64,000 nt of DNA from Gloeobacterales cyanobacterium (lineage in GTDB: Bacteria > Cyanobacteriota > Cyanobacteriia > Gloeobacterales > PMM-0068): NCBI GenBank assembly GCA_038245785.1, contig JBBRSB010000023.1, positions 16,512-80,511 of the forward strand, written 5' to 3'. Position numbers and translations under genes: made by a program. The notes beneath the pieces were generated by a model. That model was not told the DNA's origin. It made no database searches and was given only the letters and a program-made list of their open reading frames with translations. Positions 39,534 through 48,185 of the stretch are shown here, in pieces. Position 1 is the first letter of the stretch. Each line of letters starts with the position of its first letter.

Positions 39534-40556
39534 TTACTTCTTTGTGGGAGCCTTTCCAACTTGAACGACTAACTTGCCAAAGTTTTCCCCTTGCAGTAGC
39601 CCGATGAAGGCGCGAGGTGCATTTTCCAGACCCTCTACTACGTCTTCTCTATACTTGAGTTTGCCTGCCTGTAGCCATTGACCTACATCATCAAGAAACT
39701 CTGCCTGACGCTCCTGGTAATCGCCCACTAGAAAACCCTTGATCAGCGCGCGTTTAGCTAATAGGGGCATCAAATTAGGGCCGGGAGGCAAATCTTCGGC
39801 ATTGTACTGGGAGATCAAACCTACTAAGGGAATTCTTGCTCCCAGATTGATGAGTTGCAACACTGCTTCCAGAATGGGACCTGCTGTATGGTCGACATAA
39901 ATATCGATTCCATTTGGGCAAGCAGCTTTCAAAGCTGAACTCAGCTCTTGGGTTTTGCGGTTAATACAGGCATCAAACCCTAATTCCTTCATGACGTAAT
40001 CGCATTTAGCCTCACTTCCAGCTATTCCTACTGCCCGGCAACCCTTGATTTTGGCGATTTGACCGACAACCGCACCCACCGCACCGGAGGCAGCAGAAAC
40101 CACAACCGTCTCGCCTGCTTTGGGTTTCCCAATATCCAGTAATGCGAAATAGGCTGTCATGCCAGGCATGCCTGTAATGCCCAACGCATAGGAGATAGGT
40201 GATTGGTAGGGGTCAAGTTTTCTCAATGTTTCGCCTTTAGCAATCCCATAGGTCTGCCAACCGTCGTACCCCAGTACGAACTCTCCCTCTGAGAATTGGG
40301 AATGGTTTGATTTGATCACCTGACTTACCGTGCTACCCACCATGACTTTGCCTAACTCTGCTGGAGCCGCATAGGACTCACGATCGCTCATTCGACCTCG
40401 CATATATGGGTCAAGGGACAGATAAACGGTTCGGTTGAGCACCTCTCCCTGGCTCGGTTCTGGAATAGCCGTTTCGACAAAGGCAAAATCGCTCTCTTTG
40501 GGTTCTCCTGTCGGTCGACTTTTGAGCAGGATTTGTCGGTTCGTTGACTCAGACAT
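39534..40556 (-). CDS. NADP-dependent oxidoreductase (PTGR/CurA-like MDR)
   Basis: LSLDPYMRGRM, GMPGMTAY, VSAASGAVG, GLENAP.AF.GLL.G.NFGK. Confidence 0.92.
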   Translation of the reverse strand: MSESTNRQILLKSRPTGEPKESDFAFVETAIPEPSQGEVLNRTVYLSLDPYMRGRMSDRESYAAPAELGKVMVGSTVSQVIKSNHSQFSEGEFVLGYDGWQTYGIAKGETLRKLDPYQSPISYALGITGMPGMTAYFALLDIGKPKAGETVVVSAASGAVGAVVGQIAKIKGCRAVGIAGSEAKCDYVMKELGFDACINRKTQELSSALKAACPNGIDIYVDHTAGPILEAVLQLINLGARIPLVGLISQYNAEDLPPGPNLMPLLAKRALIKGFLVGDYQERQAEFLDDVGQWLQAGKLKYREDVVEGLENAPRAFIGLLQGENFGKLVVQVGKAPTKK

Positions 40557-40664
40557 AGAGACTCCTAACTATAAGATTGGCGGAGATAGATTTGTGAATA
40601 TCGTAGCCCTCCGATTGAAAAAGAGAAATCGCGTGTGAACCTGAGCGAAACGATCTACTTCCCA

Positions 40665-41627
40665 TTACACTGACATCAATTGTTGAAGGCGTTGTGGTTC
40701 CTCTCCAAGCCAATTTGGATGTTGGGCAGTGCCGTCAAAAATGGATGAGGTTTTGAAAGGTTCAAACTCACCGCGTGCTCCCGCTTTTGCCGTTTTGGCC
40801 AACAACACTTGCACTTGCTCGTCCGTCATTGGTCGGAATGTCTGTACAGCTTCAATCGCCTGATTGAGAATCTCCATACGGTCTATGCCTGTAATCACAA
40901 CGGAGGTAGGCAGATTCAACGCATAGTGGAGACATTCAATCGGCGTTACCGTATTGGATCGAAGAAGAATTCCATTGGCCAGGCTTTTCATGCCCAAAAC
41001 GCCGATCTTTCGTTTGACCAGCTCTGGCACCACTAGCTTTGCGAAGCTCCGGTAGTGCGCGTCCATCACATTCAGCGGCATCTGAGCTGTATCGAACTTG
41101 AAGCCGTGATTGTCTGCTACTTCCAGCATGTGCAGATGAATATATGGGTCTTTGTGACCCGTGAAGCCAATGTAGCGTAGTTTCCCCGCTTTTTGCGCAT
41201 CCAACAAGGCAGCATGGGCTCCTTCCTGATCAAAGATGCGATGCGGGTCTTCAAACCGCAGAACTTCGTGATGTTGCACCAAGTCAATATGATCGACTTG
41301 CAAGCGTTGCAAGGATTCATCTAACTGTTTGGCAGCCTCCTTTCTGGAGCGACCGTCAATTTTTGTCATTAGGAACACTTTGTCTCGATAGCCATCGCAG
41401 AGCGCTTTGCCCATACGAATCTCGCTAACTCCACTGTTATAGTCCCAACAGTTATCCATGAAGGTGATGCCCCGATCGATCGCCGTGCGGACAATCCGAA
41501 TTGCCAGTGGCTCATCCACGTGCTTCAAGCTGAGATGCCATCCCCCTAGTCCAATCGCAGAAACCCTCTCTCCCGTGCTACCGAGTTCTCGATACAGCAT
41601 CTCTGAATGTGACATGTTTCCTGTCAT
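40665..41627 (-). CDS. Aldo/keto reductase
   Basis: VSAIGLGG, DNCWDY, FLMTKIDGR, IGFTGHKDP, QMPLNVMD. Confidence 0.9.
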   Translation of the reverse strand: MTGNMSHSEMLYRELGSTGERVSAIGLGGWHLSLKHVDEPLAIRIVRTAIDRGITFMDNCWDYNSGVSEIRMGKALCDGYRDKVFLMTKIDGRSRKEAAKQLDESLQRLQVDHIDLVQHHEVLRFEDPHRIFDQEGAHAALLDAQKAGKLRYIGFTGHKDPYIHLHMLEVADNHGFKFDTAQMPLNVMDAHYRSFAKLVVPELVKRKIGVLGMKSLANGILLRSNTVTPIECLHYALNLPTSVVITGIDRMEILNQAIEAVQTFRPMTDEQVQVLLAKTAKAGARGEFEPFKTSSIFDGTAQHPNWLGEEPQRLQQLMSV

Positions 41628-41654
41628 CTTTTCTCCTTATAAAACAGCTCTCTT

Positions 41655-42788
41655 TTATGGTTTGAGAATGACCTTTGTCCAGCCATTCTCACGAGCATCG
41701 AAGTGTTTATAAGCATCTGGTGCTTCATGCAGCGACAGCCTATGGGATACCACAAATGATGGCTTAGCTTTCCCAACTGCAATCAAGTCCCGCAGGTAGC
41801 GATTGTAGGCTTTCACGTTTGCCTGACCTGAACCCATGCGTAACCCTTTTTGAAAGAATAGCCCAAAGTCAAAGGCAATCTGTCCCTGCTTGCTCATCTC
41901 ATCAGGACCTTGCGGATCTTGGGGGACGAAGACTCCAATAACCCCGATCCCGCCCGTTGGTCGGACCGACTGCACAAGATTATTCATCGTTATGTTGGGC
42001 TGTTCGTGTCCTTGGGGATCGTGCGCTTGCCAGCCTACGCATTCACAACCTCTGTCAACTCCTTCGCCATTAGTTAGTTTCATGACTTGCTCAACGGGGT
42101 CACCTTTTGAATCATCAATTGGAATAGCACCAATTTTTTCAGCAAGCTTCAATCGGTCGGGATGGCGATCGACCACCATCACCTCTTTCGCGCCTTTCAA
42201 AATCGCAGAGTAGGCTGCCATCAGTCCAACCGGACCTGCTCCATAGACAACAACAGATTCACCTGGCAGTACACCCGCCAATTCGGTTGCGTGCCAACCC
42301 GTAGGCCATATGTCTGCCAGCATTACATAGTCATCCTCTTTCTCCTCAGCGTCAGGAGGTAACTGCAAGCAGTTAAAGTCAGCATAAGGAACACGCAGAT
42401 ATTCGGCTTGCCCACCGTTATAAGGCCCCATCTCCGCGTAGCCGTAGGCAGCGCCCGCAGATCCCGGATTGGTGGTCAGGCAAAAACCTGTCAAACCGCG
42501 CTCGCAGTTTTTGCAGAAGCCGCAGCCGATGTTGAAAGGTAAGCAGACACGATCGCCGCGTTTAATCCGATCAACGGCATTCCCGACTTCAATTACCTCG
42601 CCTAGGTTCTCATGGCCAAGGACCTTGCCGCATTCGACGCTCGTGCGTCCTTCATACATGTGTAGGTCAGAGCCACAGATATTTGTACTCGTAATTCTCA
42701 CCAAGACATCAGTTGGTCTCTCAATTTTTGGATCTGGCACTTCCTGGATTCTGACATCATGAGCTCCGTTATAGACAAGTGCTTTCAT
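41655..42788 (-). CDS. Glutathione-independent formaldehyde dehydrogenase-like Zn-dependent MDR
   Basis: NICGSDLHMYEG, LGHEN, CGFCKNC...C, GGQAEYLRVPYADFN, GAGPVG. Confidence 0.9.
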   Translation of the reverse strand: MKALVYNGAHDVRIQEVPDPKIERPTDVLVRITSTNICGSDLHMYEGRTSVECGKVLGHENLGEVIEVGNAVDRIKRGDRVCLPFNIGCGFCKNCERGLTGFCLTTNPGSAGAAYGYAEMGPYNGGQAEYLRVPYADFNCLQLPPDAEEKEDDYVMLADIWPTGWHATELAGVLPGESVVVYGAGPVGLMAAYSAILKGAKEVMVVDRHPDRLKLAEKIGAIPIDDSKGDPVEQVMKLTNGEGVDRGCECVGWQAHDPQGHEQPNITMNNLVQSVRPTGGIGVIGVFVPQDPQGPDEMSKQGQIAFDFGLFFQKGLRMGSGQANVKAYNRYLRDLIAVGKAKPSFVVSHRLSLHEAPDAYKHFDARENGWTKVILKP

Positions 42789-42933
42789 TAGAATTCCCCT
42801 GTATATAGTTGTCACAAATGCGTCTGCAATAGTTCAAAATCCAAAATCATGGCTCAACACTCAACATCCTGCCCATACTGGACGAGCAGGATGCTGGTTG
42901 GATTTGCGTGCTTACGATCCGAGTCCGGATTAA

Positions 42934-45057
42934 TTAGGCGGGCACTTTCTCTGTATGTACACGACTCCAGTGACGATGTTGAGCGATTGCGTCAATAAAC
43001 GATTTTGCGATCTCATTTGCATCAGCACTACGGGTAGTGACAATGCCGTGATCGTCCTGCAGAGATGAATCTAGCAGCACTACTCTTTGAATATCAGAAG
43101 CTTTTTGGATATCAGAGGCTTTGAGTAACTCAACACCTTCTCCGGTTGCCGCGATCGGCTTGCAGTGCATATAGGCTTCATTAATGAAGTGCACCGCTTC
43201 GCCATTCGCCTTTAAGGCTTCGACACTTTGTGCGCCACCCGGCACATAAACCGCATCAAACATTACAGAAGCACCCGTCAAAAAGGTTTTATCAACCTTA
43301 ATTTCTTCACCGTCCGCACTTTTAATCATTCCCATGAACTTTGATATGACTTCGGCCACGGCACCAACAGACTTCAAGGCTTGCTTAATCGTCAAAATCT
43401 GGGCTGCATCCACTCCATCTACTGCCAAAATTGCCACTTTCCGACCTTTAGCCGTTTTCGTCGTATTGCTTTGGCTTAGCGCCTCTGAGCGTTGCCCATG
43501 ATTTTCCATCACAGGCTCTTTTGGTAGAGCAACTCCTATGCCCTCTGCAATCCGTCTGGCTAATTCGTGATCAACATGGTTGAAGCGATCGACCATTCTT
43601 TCTCGTACTCCTTGATCACTGACTTTGCCGAGCTCAAAATGAGCAGCAGAAACCAGATGCTCCTTCTCGACAGTCGAAAGACTATTCCAGAACAAGGTCG
43701 CTTGACTGAAATGTTCCTGGAAGCTAGGGCTACGTTCACGGATTTTGTGCCCTTCTACACGCTCTGGATAATGTATATAGGCACCCTCTGCCTCAGAACT
43801 CACTGCTGGTAAATTCTCACCCAAAGAATTTGGCGAGTAGTTCACGCGGCTAGTCTTGATTTCCATCTGCATCCGTCCGTCTTGTAGGTTGTTGTGGAAC
43901 GGACAGACTGGACGGTTGATCGGCAGGTTAGCAAAGTTGGGACTGCCTAATCTATGCTCTTGGGTGTCGTGATAAGACATAAGACGACCTTGCAATAGTG
44001 GATCATCGCTAAAGTCAATGCCTGACACGACGTTTGAAGGTTGAAATGCCACCTGCTCAGTTTCTGCAAAGAAATTGTCTGGGTTCCGATTGAGCACCAT
44101 CTTTCCGATTGGACGGACAGGAACCAATTCTTCAGGAATCAGCTTAGTAGAGTCCAAAATATCAAAATCGAATCTGTGTTCGTCTTCTTCCTCGATGATT
44201 TGCACACCGAGTTCATACTCTGGGTAATTGCCCATCTCGATGGAGTCCCACAAATCCCGTCGTTGAAAATCAGGGTCCTTGCCAGCAAGCTTCTGCGCTT
44301 CATCAAATACGTTCGAGTGAACGCCTGCGATCGGCTTCCAATGGTATTTCACAAAGCGAGATTTGCCTTCTGCATTTACCCAGCGGAATGTATGAACTCC
44401 AAATCCTTGCATTGTGCGGAAGTTTCTAGGAACTGTGCGGTCGCTCAGAAGCCACATGATCATGTGGGTTGATTCAGGTACCAGCGAGATGAAATCCCAA
44501 AAGCTCGGATGTGCGGTTGAGGCCTGCGGCATCTCGTGATCGGGTTCAGGCTTGATCGCATGCACAATGTCAGGAAATTTGATCGCATCCTGGATAAAGA
44601 AAACGGGAATATTATTGCCCACTAGATCGTAGTTACCTTCTTCGGTATAGAACTTCACGGAGAAGCCACGCACGTCTCTCACCGCATCGCCTGACCCCCG
44701 CGATCCACCAACCGTCGAGAAGCGAACAAAGACAGGCGTTTTCCCGGATGGATCTTGTAAGAATTTTGCTTTGGTGAACTCTACCATCGATTCATAAGGC
44801 TGGAAATAGCCATGAGCGCCTGAACCCCGTGCGTGAACGACCCGTTCTGGAATGCGCTCTCGATCAAAGTGCGTTAGCTTCTCTTGAAATTGGAAATCTT
44901 CGTGTAGTGAAGGTCCGCGTGTTCCTGCCTTCAGTGAATTGTCGGTATCGTTGATCTTGACGCCTTGGTTAGTCGTAAGTTGATCACCTGCGCCTTCACG
45001 ATAAGATTCTAACTTTTCATTTTTAGTGTTTTCGCCAACGCGATCTTGCTCAGTCAT
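42934..45057 (-). CDS. katE: Large-subunit monofunctional catalase (HPII type) with C-terminal DJ-1-like domain
   Basis: FDRERIPERVVHARG, VRFSTV, DLVGNN, FFAETEQ, LQGRLMSY.DTQ, FDAVYVPGG, H.KPI. Confidence 0.96.
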   Translation of the reverse strand: MTEQDRVGENTKNEKLESYREGAGDQLTTNQGVKINDTDNSLKAGTRGPSLHEDFQFQEKLTHFDRERIPERVVHARGSGAHGYFQPYESMVEFTKAKFLQDPSGKTPVFVRFSTVGGSRGSGDAVRDVRGFSVKFYTEEGNYDLVGNNIPVFFIQDAIKFPDIVHAIKPEPDHEMPQASTAHPSFWDFISLVPESTHMIMWLLSDRTVPRNFRTMQGFGVHTFRWVNAEGKSRFVKYHWKPIAGVHSNVFDEAQKLAGKDPDFQRRDLWDSIEMGNYPEYELGVQIIEEEDEHRFDFDILDSTKLIPEELVPVRPIGKMVLNRNPDNFFAETEQVAFQPSNVVSGIDFSDDPLLQGRLMSYHDTQEHRLGSPNFANLPINRPVCPFHNNLQDGRMQMEIKTSRVNYSPNSLGENLPAVSSEAEGAYIHYPERVEGHKIRERSPSFQEHFSQATLFWNSLSTVEKEHLVSAAHFELGKVSDQGVRERMVDRFNHVDHELARRIAEGIGVALPKEPVMENHGQRSEALSQSNTTKTAKGRKVAILAVDGVDAAQILTIKQALKSVGAVAEVISKFMGMIKSADGEEIKVDKTFLTGASVMFDAVYVPGGAQSVEALKANGEAVHFINEAYMHCKPIAATGEGVELLKASDIQKASDIQRVVLLDSSLQDDHGIVTTRSADANEIAKSFIDAIAQHRHWSRVHTEKVPA

Positions 45058-45477
45058 GAGATGTTACCGCCTATTTAATCGAAATACTTTGCCTTAGGAC
45101 GAACGAGTCGTCTTACCCGCTTGCTTATTGCCCATTCAACTGAATGACACTCCTTAGTCTAGGGGAGGGATTTTCAGGTGTCCTATGTCTTCTGACAGAT
45201 TTGTTTTTGTATGACGCAGGCCATTTAATCCAATGGTTGATTTATAGCTCGAAGCATATTCAAAGGGACGAGCGACCTTCGTAGATACAGCAATTTAGTT
45301 AACTTCTATGTCAATTTGGTGTATGGATTAATCGTTTATGATTCTGAACTTAAGAGGCCTTATCCGGCTCTTTATGACGCTTTGCCTTCTGCGATTATGG
45401 ATAATAAGTCACAGTAATATTCCTGACTCAAGGAATAGTAGGGGGTTAGGCTCCAGATTCTGCTTTTGGAAAGATTT

Positions 45478-45495
45478 AGAGGCTTCAAAGCCTCT
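45478..45495 (-). terminator. Hairpin immediately downstream of tRNA-Tyr
   Basis: agaggctt-ca-aagcctct inverted repeat. Confidence 0.45.
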
Positions 45496-45496
45496 C

Positions 45497-45580
45497 TGGT
45501 GGGCCGGGTTGGATTTGAACCAACGTAGCTTGCGCAGCGGATTTACAGTCCGCCCCCATTAACCACTCGGGCACCGACCC
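45497..45580 (-). tRNA. trnY: tRNA-Tyr (GTA), CCA encoded
   Basis: GGGTCGGTGCCCGAGTGGTTAATGGGGGCGGACTGTAAATCCGCTGCGCAAGCTACGTTGGTTCAAATCCAACCCGGCCCACCA; cloverleaf with a long variable arm. Confidence 0.97.
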
Positions 45581-45659
45581 CCGAAACACGCGTTATCGCG
45601 TTATTTAGAATACCTATGCGGAGGGTGCTTTAGCAAGAAAATTTTCGTAAAGTGAGATG

Positions 45660-46409
45660 TCACAGTTTACCCTGTGCCCAATAGCCAAGTAGGCCAAAAT
45701 ACTCATTGAGGGTGCCTTGGAGGAGTTGAGCACGCTCCCAAGCAGGAGCCAAATTCCAATCCATCTGAAATGGTTGCTGCTCTGCTGGTATGGGGATCAC
45801 CTTCATGCCTTGTTTCCGGAAGATCAAGGTGGAACGCAGCAGATGAATGCGTGAAGTGACAAGAAGAATCTGCTGGACATTGCGTTTCGATAGAAGTTTC
45901 TGACTTTCCACGGCATTGTCGAAGGTGTTAAGCGAACTGCTTTCAAGAATGAGCGCTTTTGAAGGAACGCCTAGCCCTCGCAGAATAATGGCCATGCTTT
46001 CAGCTTCCGAGCGTGGCCCGATAACGGTATATCCCCCGCTTATCAATACCAAAGGGGCATAGCCTGCTTTCCAAAGCTCCGCCGCCCTCTGGGCTCTCTC
46101 CGCTGAAGGCCTCACGGGGATACCTTCAGGACTTACACCACCTCCAAGGACTACAATCGCTCCAGCCTTGGCGGGCTGGGACTGGGGAGTGGCCTGCACC
46201 AAAGCCCAGGTCAGGACTTCTCTCAAGGGAGGCATAGTGCAGACTAAGGGATAGACCAAGGCTGCGGTCCAAAACCGTTTCTGCCAAGATTTATAGCCAT
46301 AGCGAGCTGCCCCGAAGCCCAAAACCAGAAAAATCAGAGCCCACCCTGGACCAATTAATAAAGTTTTCCAAAATCGGGTAACTTCTAAAAGAAATAAGTT
46401 GAGGTTCAC
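45660..46409 (-). CDS. YdcF/ElyC/SanA (DUF218) family protein
   Basis: AIVVLGGG, LISGG, SEAE.M, E.SSLNTFDNA, LLVTS.IH..RS. Confidence 0.88.
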   Translation of the reverse strand: MNLNLFLLEVTRFWKTLLIGPGWALIFLVLGFGAARYGYKSWQKRFWTAALVYPLVCTMPPLREVLTWALVQATPQSQPAKAGAIVVLGGGVSPEGIPVRPSAERAQRAAELWKAGYAPLVLISGGYTVIGPRSEAESMAIILRGLGVPSKALILESSSLNTFDNAVESQKLLSKRNVQQILLVTSRIHLLRSTLIFRKQGMKVIPIPAEQQPFQMDWNLAPAWERAQLLQGTLNEYFGLLGYWAQGKL

Positions 46410-46413
46410 CAGA

Positions 46414-47889
46414 CTATCTCCACCAAGATTCCAACTGGGCCATATCGAGATGGGTTTCTACCAGGACAGCTAGTTGATCAAACAGAGCATCTCGCTCTAC
46501 ACGGTAATGTCCAGACAGCGGAGGAAGAGGAGCAAGTTTTTTCTGGCTGCGTAGGTCATTGAGCCAGGTTCTGCGCCAAGTGTGATTGTCTAGAAGACCA
46601 TGCAGATAGGTTCCTGTAATGTTGCCCATCTTGGAGCCAAGCACAGGGTCTATGAATAAAGGTTTTGCCGAGCTGTATAAGGAAGAAAGTCCTTGATGTA
46701 TCTCATACCCTTCGATGGGATCACCCTCTAGGGTCTCCGTCTGGACTTGACGAGTAATCTTTTGGTCTTCAAATACCGTATCCATAGAGATTAAATTGAG
46801 TCCTTCAAAAATGCCGGGCATCCCTTCTAAACCTTCACTATCTTGAATCCGCCGACCCAACATTTGCCAGCCGCCACAAATACCCAACACCGGACCTCCA
46901 GCCTGCACAAAATCCTGTAGCTGTTGGGCTAAACCATTACTCTTCATTGCCTCCAGGTCACTGATGGTGGCTTTTGACCCTGGCAGTATTACGGCATCAG
47001 GAGTACCCAAAACGCCCTGGACTGGCACGTACCGCACCCGTACAGAAGGCTCTGCTTCTAAAGCGTCAAAATCTGTGAAATTGCTAATCCTGGGGTAACG
47101 GATGATAGCGATCTCCAGTTCAGCCTGACGTTTAGACGCTCTGGTGTCTAATAAGCTGACCGAATCCTCCGCAGGGAGGGCCGATTCAAACCAGGGGATC
47201 ACACCTACTACTGGAACTCCTGTGTACTCCTCCAGCCAATCGAGACCGGGCTGCAACAGGTCCAAGCTGCCCCTGAATTTATTGATCACCAAACCCTTTA
47301 CCAAAGCCCGCTCTTCAGGCTCTAGGAGTTGGAGCGTTCCCACTACATGGGCCAAGGCTCCTCCCCGATCAATATCAGCAATCAAAATCGCCGGACAGTT
47401 TAGATGTGTGGCCAGACGCATATTCGTCAGGTCCCGATGCTTAAGATTGACCTCTGCTGGAGAGCCAGCCCCTTCGAGTACGATGACCTCATATTGACTC
47501 TGAAGATAGTCCAGCGCCTCTGTAACCGCCTGCCAGCCGACATCAAAGTACTTGCTGTAGTAATCCTGAGCGCTCACCGTGGCGACCGCCTGACCTTTGA
47601 TTACTACCTGAGAGGTCATATTGCCCTGGGGCTTGAGAAGGATGGGGTTAATCCATGCGGAAGGTTCTACCCCCGCAGCCCAAGCTTGGACTGCCTGTGC
47701 ATAGCCAATTTCTCCACCGTCTAGCCCTACATAGGCATTGAGGGCCATGTTTTGCCCTTTAAAGGGCGTCACTCGATAGCCTTTGCGCTTAAAAATGCGA
47801 CAGAGCGCTGTACACAAAAGAGATTTCCCTGCATGGGATGAAGTCGCAACTACCAAGAGACTTTTTGATGCACGCACGAATAAACCCAT
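46414..47889 (-). CDS. cobQ: Cobyric acid synthase
   Basis: TSSHAGKS, PFKGQNMALN, NPILLKP, EGAGSPAEVNL, DIDRGG, ISNFTDFD, GICGG, GYEIH, GTYLHG. Confidence 0.95.
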   Translation of the reverse strand: MGLFVRASKSLLVVATSSHAGKSLLCTALCRIFKRKGYRVTPFKGQNMALNAYVGLDGGEIGYAQAVQAWAAGVEPSAWINPILLKPQGNMTSQVVIKGQAVATVSAQDYYSKYFDVGWQAVTEALDYLQSQYEVIVLEGAGSPAEVNLKHRDLTNMRLATHLNCPAILIADIDRGGALAHVVGTLQLLEPEERALVKGLVINKFRGSLDLLQPGLDWLEEYTGVPVVGVIPWFESALPAEDSVSLLDTRASKRQAELEIAIIRYPRISNFTDFDALEAEPSVRVRYVPVQGVLGTPDAVILPGSKATISDLEAMKSNGLAQQLQDFVQAGGPVLGICGGWQMLGRRIQDSEGLEGMPGIFEGLNLISMDTVFEDQKITRQVQTETLEGDPIEGYEIHQGLSSLYSSAKPLFIDPVLGSKMGNITGTYLHGLLDNHTWRRTWLNDLRSQKKLAPLPPLSGHYRVERDALFDQLAVLVETHLDMAQLESWWR

Positions 47890-48185
47890 AGGTATCCTGG
47901 ATCTACGCTACTAAACGGCTGGTACAGAAAACCAGTTCAGACCTTTGAAAAACGTATAATTTCGTCACAAAATTAGTTAATACGCAGATTAACCTCTGGC
48001 CGAAGATCTCAGGATTCACTTTTAGTTCAGCCCTTACTGAAAGTACAGCGCGGTTCTCGTAATTTGTGTAGTTATGCAACTAAATCTAAAAAAATTTATG
48101 CATTCTCGGAAATTTTTAAGGGATGCTTCTTAAGATCACGAGCAGGACTGTAAAAGTCTTTTGGTTTACGTAAAGGAATATCGGT

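Noticed and set aside
45338-45562. 74-aa plus-strand ORF
   Set aside because: Overlaps tRNA-Tyr antisense and has no protein features
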